Below are positions 53,144-62,482 of a stretch of 64,000 nt of DNA, piece by piece (within the stretch, counting starts at the first letter, position 1; each line of letters starts with the position of its first letter). The stretch is from positions 905,342 to 969,341 of the forward strand of contig JAHDYR010000005.1 of NCBI GenBank assembly GCA_019828565.1, written 5' to 3'. The translations under genes were made by a program, and so were the position numbers. The notes beneath the pieces were generated by a model, which searched no databases, had not been told where the DNA came from, and was given only the letters and a program-made list of their open reading frames with translations. The stretch comes from Carpediemonas membranifera BICM. Its lineage: Eukaryota; Protista; Fornicata.

Positions 53144-53875
53144 ATGTCAACAATCTTGCATACGCTTGCAGCTCCATTCCTAATTGACCGATATCACATA
53201 GTTATGCACGGTCCAGAAAGTTGTGGCAAGACTACGCTGCTCTACCGATTGAAAATGGGGAATGAATGCCAAATTACCGTCCCCACCATCAGCTTTAACC
53301 GAGAGAACGTCCACTTGGGCAAGCTGTGCATGCTTACCATGTGGGATATCGGGTGTACGCCAGCTATGCGCCAGCTTCTCCCGGAGTTCATCCTTCCGAC
53401 CCACGCCACGCCAGCTGATACCATCCAGCCCGCTGACGGCATTCTCGTCGTCGTTCCGCGGTGGTCTTCATCTGTAGATGCAGCCATCATCAGCGCGGAA
53501 CACACTCTGGCGGCGAACGGCGACCTTAAGGTGCCCATCCTCGTGCTGCTCTCGGAGTTCGACCAGGACCTTGCCCGACACACTGAAGAGATTGCTGAGG
53601 TCGACCCGCAGATCGTCACTGCCGAGCTGACCCCGGAGATGACTGCGGATCTCCTGGACCTGCACAAGCTGACGGTGCCGTGGGTCGTCAAGCCGGCGAA
53701 TATCTGGACGGGCAAGGGCATACCGGAGGCCTTGGGGTGGCTGACCAAGGCGTGTATCTCGAGGCGACATGGTCATGTTACTCGGACGATAGACCGGAAG
53801 TTGCAGCGTTTTGAGGACCTCGAGAAGATCGGGCTCGACTCTGAGTCTGAGTCGAGTAGCGACGACGAGCGGTGA
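53144..53875 (+). CDS. Divergent Arf-family small GTPase
   Basis: GPESCGKTTLLYRLK, TVPTISFN.E, WDIG, TGKGIPEALGWL. Confidence 0.85.
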   Translation: MSTILHTLAAPFLIDRYHIVMHGPESCGKTTLLYRLKMGNECQITVPTISFNRENVHLGKLCMLTMWDIGCTPAMRQLLPEFILPTHATPADTIQPADGILVVVPRWSSSVDAAIISAEHTLAANGDLKVPILVLLSEFDQDLARHTEEIAEVDPQIVTAELTPEMTADLLDLHKLTVPWVVKPANIWTGKGIPEALGWLTKACISRRHGHVTRTIDRKLQRFEDLEKIGLDSESESSSDDER

Positions 53876-53924
53876 AGCAGGGCTGAGTGTGGACCTGGCG
53901 CTGGGCTAGTTTAAACATTAGACC

Positions 53925-54000
53925 GGATGAGAGTTGGCAGGTTAAGGTAACGACGGCTGTGCGATTGAAGGGTCAAACAATGTGTTTATACTGCGCAACA
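53925..54000 (+). repeat. Upstream (solo) copy of the element 3' module
   Basis: GGATGA..GTTG start and 24/25 identical end; basal stem GTTG-GCAG/CTGC-G-CAAC. Confidence 0.7.
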
Positions 54001-54083
54001 CTGCCCTGTCTCCCTCCTACTCACGTCTTAACGTGATAACGTCTCATTGTCTTCTATTCCACATTAAATTCACTTCTACACAC

Positions 54084-54926
54084 ATGCATACATCTTCTGC
54101 CCACCTCATGGGGTTCGACCCGGGCGCGAGGTCCATCGGAGGGTATTACATCAGGCACCCCGATGGCACCACCAGCTCCGGCGTCCTTCCAAAGTGCGGA
54201 TACACTAAGACGCCAAGTTTCGGCTATGATATGACGGCCGCGTCGTTCAAGAGCACAAGACTAGTGAGTATCAACAACTCTATTAGGTTTGTGCTGGACA
54301 ACGCGAACGACATTTTCGAGGCTGGAATGCGTAAGTCTTTCCGCCGAGTGCGCTTTGCGAACCACATCCTTCGCCAGAAGCACTTCGCCCGCTGCGGCCA
54401 ACAGTTGGCTCGGGAGTTCGGTTGGCTTCGCCACCATCCCATCACCACCCCCATTCGCCTGAAAGTCTTCTACGGGAGCTCGGGATTCACCAAGCCTGCT
54501 GGTATGTTCATTCCTTGCGCGTCATATCGAAAGTTCGCGAGAGAGATAGTTCCCCTTCTCAAGGGGTATAACATTGTCGTCGATCTTAACATGGTTAACG
54601 AGGACCGCACCACCGTCGTCTGCCCTCACTGCCACGCCCCCTACAAGCGAGTTCGTCCGCGTGATGACCAGCACGTTCACCCACATCGTGTGATGCTCTG
54701 CGAAAATCCACAGTGCCGTGGTGCTCAGTGGCGCGCAACAGTTCCTGATGCTCTGAATGTTGATCGTCGGGACAAGAGTGCTGCAGAGAACATCCTGTGG
54801 CGTTCTCTTGCCACGGAAGATGAGCTCAGTGGCTCTCCGTTCAGTCGCACCTCGATCCCGCGCCTTCCAACATCATTCCAGCATCATCAATTGGCTAACC
54901 GCCAACATTCGTCTACGGACGGATGA
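54084..54926 (+). CDS. Fanzor/TnpB-like RuvC-Zn finger nuclease lacking N-terminal WED/REC
   Basis: GFDPG (RuvC-I), VFYG, VNEDRTTVVCPHC (relocated Glu), CENPQC, RRDKSAAENIL (RuvC-III). Confidence 0.85.
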   Translation: MHTSSAHLMGFDPGARSIGGYYIRHPDGTTSSGVLPKCGYTKTPSFGYDMTAASFKSTRLVSINNSIRFVLDNANDIFEAGMRKSFRRVRFANHILRQKHFARCGQQLAREFGWLRHHPITTPIRLKVFYGSSGFTKPAGMFIPCASYRKFAREIVPLLKGYNIVVDLNMVNEDRTTVVCPHCHAPYKRVRPRDDQHVHPHRVMLCENPQCRGAQWRATVPDALNVDRRDKSAAENILWRSLATEDELSGSPFSRTSIPRLPTSFQHHQLANRQHSSTDG

Positions 54927-55006
54927 TGTTGTACAATTTGGCACTTTGATCGTTCCTTTCAGGCCCTGTCTGGGAGGTTCGAACAATCTGTTTATACTGC
55001 GCAACA
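54927..55006 (+). ncRNA. Putative omega-RNA-like 80-nt stem-loop
   Basis: Begins right after the stop codon; TGTTGTACA/TGCGCAACA, GGCA/TGTT, TTG/CAA, TCG/CGA, CCTTTCAG/CTGGGAGG. Confidence 0.55.
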
Positions 55007-55031
55007 ACGGCAAGGTCTGCAAGTCGTCTAA

Positions 55032-55562
55032 ATGGACAAATTCAACCATGCAATCGTTCCCGGCGTGATTTTACTGTTACTTTTCCTTTTTAATGCCAAC
55101 ATCACGTGCACGGAGATCGTCCTTTTCTGCATCGTCTTCGGGAGCTGCATTGACCTGAACCAGAAGCTAGGCAAGCTCCTTGGGCATCCATCCCACCACC
55201 TTCGAACCTTTATCGAGGAGCCGTTCGGCCCTCTTCTTGTTGGCGTCCCCGTCGCCTTTGCTTTGTCCCGCCTGAACCCCCTCTACGCCCCCTGCGTCCT
55301 CATCCCCTACATCTGCCACATATGTTGTGACTACATAACCATCCACTCAGTCTGCCCACTAGCCCCGTTCTCCGGCCGCATCCGACGCGTGGGCTGGCTT
55401 GTGGCGGAGGACAAGGGGCCGTGGACGGCGCCCCTCAGCGAGCGGTGGGTCACACTGGCACTCGCCCCGCCGTTCGTCGCACTGGCTGTGTTGAAGGCGG
55501 TACAGACTGACGGCAACCTGTTCCACCGTGTCTTCGAGCTCTACTCGCAGGGGCCCGTGTAG
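55032..55562 (+). CDS. YdjM-like membrane metal-dependent hydrolase
   Basis: NH near the start, IDL, HHLRTF, YICHICCDYIT, PLAPFS. Confidence 0.7.
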   Translation: MDKFNHAIVPGVILLLLFLFNANITCTEIVLFCIVFGSCIDLNQKLGKLLGHPSHHLRTFIEEPFGPLLVGVPVAFALSRLNPLYAPCVLIPYICHICCDYITIHSVCPLAPFSGRIRRVGWLVAEDKGPWTAPLSERWVTLALAPPFVALAVLKAVQTDGNLFHRVFELYSQGPV

Positions 55563-55858
55563 GGCGGGTCGTGTTAAAAATAGGATTAGACTGTGGGCCG
55601 ATGAATGGTGGTGAGTGGACTATTGTCCGGCGGTGATGCTTCGAATTGATTTGCCAGAATAGACCAGATTCAGGGTTAGTAATACTGACCCTGCATGCGC
55701 GAAGTACTGTCATACATCGCAATATCGCCACATTGCAGTCGAGTGCGCAAACTCCCGTCCCCCCGATCGGCAGCCCCAGCCGACGGGAAGCAGCCCTTGG
55801 CCGGCCAAAAATTGAACGCTGCGTGGTTGTTCCCACTCCGCTCCGCTCTCAGCGTTGC

Positions 55859-56713
55859 ATGGCTGGCTGTCTTGATTGCACATGCAACTGCCGGGGGAGT
55901 CGGGCTGGTGGGCACAAGGAGAAAATGAATGATCATGGAACAAATCACGACAGCTACGGGACGGCAATTGGAGAGTACATTGTAAGCTATGGTGTCTCCG
56001 ATATCTCTGAACCAGAGCTCTACGGAGCGTCATCTGGCCCCGTACTATCGTCGCATTCCATCACGGCCAGCATGGACGGCGATCTGCCTCAATTAGAGCC
56101 GCATACGTCTCACCAGATGATGGAAGACTTAGTTCCGTCACCGAAACCAGTGGAAACTGTCGACAACACCTCTCAAACTTCATCCGATTGGGCCGCACCG
56201 CACGCCTACATGGCCCGCGCGATGAACCAGCCGCCCGCAGACTTCGATAGCTACGATCAGGAGCCGCTCGAGAAGCCCAGCCGTGGCACGAGTGTGGAAA
56301 GTGGGGGGCTGCCGTCGTCCAAGGAAGTCGTGTTCAGTCAGGACACAATCGACACCATCGGCGAGGAGCTTGCTGTGCGAGTCATCAACGTCGGGCAGCA
56401 GCGCGCGACTGAGCGCAACGCCTTCCTGCAGCTGCTCCCCGTGTTTCTCATCGGTTGCTTTATCACCGACCCGGTTTTCCTTGGGCTGTGGCTCATGCTT
56501 GACGCCGTCATCCCAATCCTTTTCCTCCCGTTTTTCGCGCTTTTTATCGCATCATCCCGTCTTTTCATCATCGATCTCATCCACTATCGCTCTGGCCGTG
56601 CGAAACGGGTCCGGCTGGTCCCTATCGGCGCACTGGCCATAAGCCTCATCGGATTGCCCGTGATCGGCGTACAGATCGGATATAACCTCATGTTCCGCCA
56701 CAGCTTCGTATGA
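55859..56713 (+). CDS. Hypothetical protein with C-terminal TM helices
   Basis: Cys-rich start MAGCLDCTCNC, disordered middle, hydrophobic C-terminus. Confidence 0.6.
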   Translation: MAGCLDCTCNCRGSRAGGHKEKMNDHGTNHDSYGTAIGEYIVSYGVSDISEPELYGASSGPVLSSHSITASMDGDLPQLEPHTSHQMMEDLVPSPKPVETVDNTSQTSSDWAAPHAYMARAMNQPPADFDSYDQEPLEKPSRGTSVESGGLPSSKEVVFSQDTIDTIGEELAVRVINVGQQRATERNAFLQLLPVFLIGCFITDPVFLGLWLMLDAVIPILFLPFFALFIASSRLFIIDLIHYRSGRAKRVRLVPIGALAISLIGLPVIGVQIGYNLMFRHSFV

Positions 56714-56775
56714 TGCCTCATTTATAAACCATATAGTCCTGAACCGCATTCTTTACGCCCTACTTTCATCAGACC

Positions 56776-58116
56776 CTACACCTCAGCATCCTTCTTAGTA
56801 AACGCCTCCCCGCACACGTCCGGCGCCGCGTTGGTCGCCCTGTACGCCATGTAGACGTAGCCGGGCATCACGTCCATGCTCATGGCGGGGTGGGTGCGGC
56901 CCGGCAACACCTGGTGCTCCGTCAGCCGGGTCTGGTGCACCTCACCGCCGATGATCCACTTCCCTGCGGTCAAGTAGTCTGCCGCGAGCTGCAGGGCCGC
57001 AAGGGATGTGTGGTAAATCACGACCGCCGCCCCGCTCGCGACATAGGGCAGGAGGAGCGTCGCCGTGGGAATGGGATCCGCGTTGCCCGCGATGATGAGG
57101 CAATCGTGCCTCGGCTGGAGCAGTCCGGCGATGTCGGGAGCCCCCTGCAGGCCGGCCTTGCACTCGACAATGGCCTGCAGCGTCACATCGTGCACGCCAT
57201 GGGTGAAGTCGACTGGGCCTCCATCAACGAACTCGCCCCGGATCCGCACGGGCTGACCGTTGTGGGTTCCGAACAGCGTCTCGTCCGAAAGGTTGAGTGC
57301 CTGGCGGAACTCGGACGTCTGCTTGCGACTCCCGACGTATACAGTCGTCAGGAGACCACCGCCGATCCCCTGCCCCGGCACGGCCATGCGGTACATGGCC
57401 GCCGACTGCACGAGGCCGAAGCACTGGTCACACACCATGACGCGGGCCCCGGGCCGGACGGACGCCATCTGGAGGATCTGGGACAGCGAGTCCGGCTGCA
57501 TGTAGCAGATCTTGTCGGCGCCCTTCTGGAACTCCCATGCGCAGAGGCTGTAGGGCGTGTGCTTCCGGAACACGAAGGTCTGCCGGTGCTTGGCGAGGGC
57601 CCGCCTCTCCCACTTGGCGCGGGCATACGTGCCCTTGGCCTCGAACGTGGAACTGTTCTTCTTGATCTCCTCAATGATCTCGGTGCCCTTCAAGCCGGTG
57701 CTCTGCATCGACTTAATGTCGCCCTCTGACAGCCGCTGAACCGCATCAGGAGCAGTCATATTAATGTCGCGGTTGTCGCCGATGTCTGCGTCGTCCGCAG
57801 CCTGCAGGTCCGCTTCGTGGTAGAGCTCCTCCTTGGAGAGTGGGATGATGCGGCTCCCGTCAATGTAGAAGCGGACGTTCACAGGAAGCCCGACGAGGTT
57901 CTTCAAGTCAACGGCCGCAGTACGAGACAGCCTGATCTTGCCCTTGTCCTTCACTTGAATGAGCTCGTCGTGGTCGTTTTGACGTTCCACGAAGATGAAG
58001 TCCTTCATCCGGATCACATCTGAAGCAGTGTGGTTAATAACAGCCTTCTTCTCTTCACACTCCTCCAGGGGCACATCAGCTCCTTCTACAGGGATCTCTG
58101 CGGCGTCGGCCATCAT
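56776..58116 (-). CDS. TRM6: tRNA m1A58 methyltransferase non-catalytic subunit
   Basis: DNRDI...QRLS..DI...G.EIIEEI.KNSSTFEAK, DSLSQIL.MASV, EHQVLPGRTHP.M. Confidence 0.92.
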   Translation of the reverse strand: MMADAAEIPVEGADVPLEECEEKKAVINHTASDVIRMKDFIFVERQNDHDELIQVKDKGKIRLSRTAAVDLKNLVGLPVNVRFYIDGSRIIPLSKEELYHEADLQAADDADIGDNRDINMTAPDAVQRLSEGDIKSMQSTGLKGTEIIEEIKKNSSTFEAKGTYARAKWERRALAKHRQTFVFRKHTPYSLCAWEFQKGADKICYMQPDSLSQILQMASVRPGARVMVCDQCFGLVQSAAMYRMAVPGQGIGGGLLTTVYVGSRKQTSEFRQALNLSDETLFGTHNGQPVRIRGEFVDGGPVDFTHGVHDVTLQAIVECKAGLQGAPDIAGLLQPRHDCLIIAGNADPIPTATLLLPYVASGAAVVIYHTSLAALQLAADYLTAGKWIIGGEVHQTRLTEHQVLPGRTHPAMSMDVMPGYVYMAYRATNAAPDVCGEAFTKKDAEV

Positions 58117-58433
58117 TGGTGCAGTTTAGCGCCGGGGTCGGTGGCTGCCGATAGGAACACCGGGGCCTGCAGCGGTGCGGAGGAGGACCTCAAACTCTGT
58201 CGTCGTTTCTCAGCATCTGATCTGCACCCGACCTGTCCAGTTCATGAGCAGATCATTGTAGTTCCCCTCGTCTCCTCTTGTTGCCTGCTTGTAGCGTCGG
58301 CCTCGCCCCGCAAGGCCAGACCTGTGACGGCCGCTGCATCTCTTTGATTTCATCATTTGACGGAAGAGATCGACCCACAAGTCCAACAAACCGACCATAA
58401 TGCGCCGTTTAATCTATACTGCCGAGCCCGCAT

Positions 58434-59759
58434 TCATACGCGCTCGTAGAACAGCACATACGGTCTGAACGACTCCAGCCTGTCCCCGACGTCCGTCTGC
58501 ACGCTCGAGTCGCTGTAGTTGTGCCACCCCCCGCCCTTGCCTTGCACCACGGCGGTGTAGTGGCCGCCGCCCATCGACCCGGAATGGATGATCGCGCCCC
58601 GAAGCTGGTAGGCCACATGTGCCCGCGCCCCCGGCTGGCAGTAAGCGGACAGGTCCAGTGTGGTCGGGAACTGCACGCTACGGTCGTTCTTCCGCAGCCG
58701 CCGGCCTTTGCTCATGAACCGGTTCAGCTGAAGCACCAGGACGGGCTTCATGGCCTCTGCTGTGAGTGCCGACGCCTTGACCACCGTCGGGGTATTTGGA
58801 AACCGCGTATTCTTGACCAGGCGACTGATCTCGGTCATCTCGTGCTCGGTGAACGCACGGTGGCCCTCAGAGGCGGCCCGAATCGTATCCATGGCGCGCT
58901 CGATGATCGGAACAAGCTGCGCGGCCTTCTCGGCCGGCATGTTGGCCTTCGCCCGGTCGAGCAGGTCGCTCAGCGTGCAGTAGTCGCACCGGTATCCCGT
59001 CCCTCTGAGCGTCTCGGGGTATGTGTACCGCGCCAGGCAGCCCTCCAGCGTGGCGAGGCGGTGCAGGCTCTCGTAATCCCGATGGACCCCGAGCTTGAGG
59101 CCTTGCACACAGTGCTGCGTCTGCTCGTCGTCAACCTGGTCTGAGTCGAGCTCGTCCGCCTCGTTGGGGATGGGTAGCTCCAGGGCAGTGAAGGTCGCGG
59201 TGTTGACGTACGCTGTGCCGCACTGCGTGCACAGCACAGTCGTCTGCATCGCCCCGCCGAACGTGTCGTCGATCACAGTGGTCTTGCGGGTCTTGCTGCT
59301 CTCTTCGTCGTTGCTCACAGTCTTGAGGTGCTTGCCGTGTTCCTCGCTGAGCGCGTCCAGCAACAACGTGAGGAACTCGTGCGCGTCCTGCTGCTTGAAA
59401 TTAGCGAAGGTGCGGTGCTTACGGATGAAGCTGCGTCGTAGATTGGCTGGGGATAGCACCCGCGGGCTCTGTGTAAAGGGGGCGGGGAGGATGAACGTAC
59501 AGGGCTCTGCATATGGATGAGGAGGTCCACAAAGGCGCGTGTGATCGGATAATCGGGGTTAACGCCACTATTCTGGCTTGATTCGATGAAGTCCGTGTGC
59601 TTGATGAGCTCGTTACGGAAAGTCGTCAGGCTAGTGTGAGAGAATGGGTGGTGGGACGAACCGAAGCAGGTTTTGAAGGGTGCTATTAAGGAAACATGTA
59701 TTGCCAAGATTCTGCAGACCCTTATCAATACAGCAGGTCCGTTCTATCTCCTCGGTCAT
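58434..59759 (-). CDS. Ubiquitin-specific protease (C19), three exons (introns 59631-59661, 59469-59500)
   Basis: GLQNLGNTCFLNS Cys box, QQDAHEF, HSGSMGGGHYTA His box, YVLFYER. Confidence 0.92.
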
Positions 59760-59841
59760 GCCAGGCAGGTGTTTGTTGGTTCATAATCTGCACCGGCATT
59801 GATTCCAAGCACCACCGCCTCTCGGTGAACATAAAACATGT

Positions 59842-61560
59842 TTACTCCTCATCCTCGCTAACCTCTTCGACCTCCGCGTTGTCGCGCTTGCCCTCGAGCC
59901 CCTCGGCGTCCTCCTCGCTCTCGCTCGCGCTGTCCGAAGCAGCCGAGTTGTAGTCGCCGTCCTCGTCGCTGTCGCTGTCCGCTCCGCCGTCCGGGTCGAT
60001 CCGGGCCTTACCCCTCCCCTCGTCGTCCGAGGACTCGTAAACACCGCCGACGTCGGCCCCGTCCCAGTCGACCTTGCTCTGCAGCAGCTTGTACATCCCC
60101 ACCAGCTGTCGGAAGCTGTCCATAGCCCCACTACGGGTCTCCTTGCGGCCCGAGTCTGTCTTGGCGAAGGGGCTGATGCCAGCCTTGGGGATGGCGCCCC
60201 ACTCGATGTCGGCCCCGGTCCGCATGTTGAGGACGACCTGGAAGGACTGGGTGACGCTGCGGTGGGACAGCTTGCTGACGTCACGATAGGGCACGTACGT
60301 CGGCATGCCCGTGTCCGGGATGAAGAAGAAGCACTGGGTCAGGGGGAAGAGCGTGCCCGCCTTAGACGCGTATGTAGCAGGGAACGACGCCTGGCCGATG
60401 AAGCCCTCGACGCCGGGCTCAGTGAGCGTGACGTTGGCCGCCTGGCCCTCGACGGCGTTTGCGAGGTGAAGCACGAGGCGGGTGAATGCAAGGTGGGCCG
60501 GTACGCCGCGGGCCATGTGCTCGGTGAACGACATGCGCTCTACGGTCTCCTCCTCGTCGGGCTGCATCTCCCTGTCGAGCTGACGGGCGATATCCTCGTT
60601 CCGCGTGTTGAACAGCTCAAGCTCCTCGGGCTCGCTGAACGCCAGGTCGACCGAGTCAAGCTGGGAGTCCTTGAACGCGATGACGAAGAACTGGTACTTC
60701 GAGATGGCCTGGCGGAGGGCGATGACGACCGAGACGTCGCCGTGGCCCCGGCCGGGCAGGCTGAAGACGTGCAGGATGTTGCCGTAGCGGATCTGGTACT
60801 TCTGAGTACCGTTGAACTCGATGGCGTCGTCCAGGAACTTGACGGTGGTGAACCGGCCGCGGGGGGACTTACCAGCAACGGACGCGAAGCTGGCAATAAC
60901 TGTGCGGACGACCTCGACGGTGAACTTGTCGAGCTCCTTCTTGACCTCAGCGGACTTGCGGTCGGCGGGCAGGTACACAGCCATCTTGTGGAGCCGGTGC
61001 GCCCTGCTCTCGCTGTGGTCCCGGAACTCGATGGTGATTTCCGAACCGGTGTTGCGGTTGTTGTCCTTCACGTCAGTGTGGTTGATGTCGCGCAGGGGAA
61101 TGGCGAAGATAGGCTTGCGGTCTTCGCCCACGAGGAAGGTCATCTCGTCGTTGGCGATGTCCATCTTGCCCCAGTTCCAGCCTGTGACTGAGCTACTGCC
61201 GCGCTTGATGGTGATCGGGTCGTCCTCGGTGGAGTTGTCGGTGACGAACTTCTCGATCTTCTCGAAGTCATTGGGCTGGAAGTTGACGAAGCGGTGGCGA
61301 TCACCGTTCGTCTTCGAGACAATGAGCATGCAGCACTCCGCCTTTGCGCGTCTCGTGCCAATGTTCAGGAATTCTAGAGATTCAATGTCAGCACGCTTGA
61401 TGAGAACCTTCTCCTCGCCGCTGTCAGAAACACGCTTAAAAATGATCCCACGACCGCTGAGATTGAACTCTCCATATGCGGCCTTGGCGTTCAATACTGT
61501 TTCAGGATTGCTGGCATTCTCAATCTGAGCCCTCTTAATGTATACTTCGATCTCGCTCAT
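59842..61560 (-). CDS. SSRP1: FACT subunit SSRP1/Pob3 (no HMG box)
   Basis: VTGWNWG, SPRGRF, GTLFPL..CFFF, acidic tail SDSDEDGDY. Confidence 0.9.
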   Translation of the reverse strand: MSEIEVYIKRAQIENASNPETVLNAKAAYGEFNLSGRGIIFKRVSDSGEEKVLIKRADIESLEFLNIGTRRAKAECCMLIVSKTNGDRHRFVNFQPNDFEKIEKFVTDNSTEDDPITIKRGSSSVTGWNWGKMDIANDEMTFLVGEDRKPIFAIPLRDINHTDVKDNNRNTGSEITIEFRDHSESRAHRLHKMAVYLPADRKSAEVKKELDKFTVEVVRTVIASFASVAGKSPRGRFTTVKFLDDAIEFNGTQKYQIRYGNILHVFSLPGRGHGDVSVVIALRQAISKYQFFVIAFKDSQLDSVDLAFSEPEELELFNTRNEDIARQLDREMQPDEEETVERMSFTEHMARGVPAHLAFTRLVLHLANAVEGQAANVTLTEPGVEGFIGQASFPATYASKAGTLFPLTQCFFFIPDTGMPTYVPYRDVSKLSHRSVTQSFQVVLNMRTGADIEWGAIPKAGISPFAKTDSGRKETRSGAMDSFRQLVGMYKLLQSKVDWDGADVGGVYESSDDEGRGKARIDPDGGADSDSDEDGDYNSAASDSASESEEDAEGLEGKRDNAEVEEVSEDEE

Positions 61561-61618
61561 CGCGCCAACCTACCAGATGACCTAAAACTGCACCGACTTT
61601 AAGCATAGAAGTACAGCT

Positions 61619-62252
61619 TTATCTCTTTGGGAAGTCCGGCTTCTCTGCCAGATACATGTGATATGCGCCACGGCCGTTTGCGAGGCTCTCCGGCTTGACC
61701 TCCGAGTGGCGGATGGTCCACTCCGGGCCCCTGAGGTCGTCGCCACGGGAATCACTGTGGGAGATGCAGCAGAAGGTGCCCGCAGGCTTCAGGACGCGGT
61801 GGATCTCGCGACAGGCCATCTCGAGCTTTCCGTCGGCCTGCTCGGCACATGCGATTCCGTCAAACGTTCCCTTGTCGACGACGACGTCAAAGGACTCGCT
61901 GTCCAGGTCAAGGAGGGTTACATCCATGGAAATGACTGTGTAAGTGCAGGATGGGAGCTCACGAACACTCGACGGTCGGGTCTGGGTTGTGTTCGTTCAT
62001 GAACGAGATGACGTTGTCCGCAATGTCGATTGCCACAATGCTGCCACGGAAGCCATCAGTGGCCATCTGATGCGCCATGCGGGAGTTTCCGACGCCGACG
62101 ATGAGGACCCTGGCAGTTTCAGGCGTCTTCACCAGGCTCTTGATGGTGGGAGCGACTGCGGAGTATTCACAGTACCAATCAAACGCGTGCTCAAGGTTCT
62201 CGTACCTCTGGGTCCAGTATTCCTTCTCAGAATAGTCCTTCTCTTCCGCCAT
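61619..62252 (-). CDS. EEF1AKMT4/METTL13-like SAM methyltransferase; intron 61936-61966
   Basis: YW..RY...FDWY, VLIVGVGNS, MDV, FDVVVDKGTFD, RVLKPAG. Confidence 0.88.
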
Positions 62253-62482
62253 GAACGATTGAGCGTTTTGTTGCAAGAAAAATGACGAGTTCAAGGACTC
62301 CAGCCCACGCTGCACCCTTAACGCGAGTCTGCACATAAATGAATCGCTCAATGGCTGCGCGTCGATCATTCGTGCTCAAGGTCGGCGGAGGAACAAGACG
62401 GCGACGCAAACACCAGGCCGACTGAAACAAGCGGATCCAGAGGTCGCTCAGCGTGCATTAATAATCAGCAATCCGTGTCTAT

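Larger units (their letters stand above)
53925..55006 (+). mobile_element. Fanzor-like element C: 3' module, RuvC-only ORF, 3' module
   Basis: 25-bp direct repeat AACAAT(G/C)TGTTTATACTGCGCAACA at 53976-54000 and 54982-55006 brackets the ORF; less GC3-biased than host genes. Confidence 0.75.

Noticed and set aside
53976-55006. 25-bp direct repeat as CRISPR repeats or as a plain target-site duplication
   Set aside because: Only two copies 1 kb apart, and a related motif forms the internal 3' end of copies A and B and pairs with upstream element sequence, so it belongs to the element
53953-55013. 7-bp TSD for element C (ACGGCTG vs ACGGCAA)
   Set aside because: Only 5/7 match and it would fall inside the upstream module; not supportable
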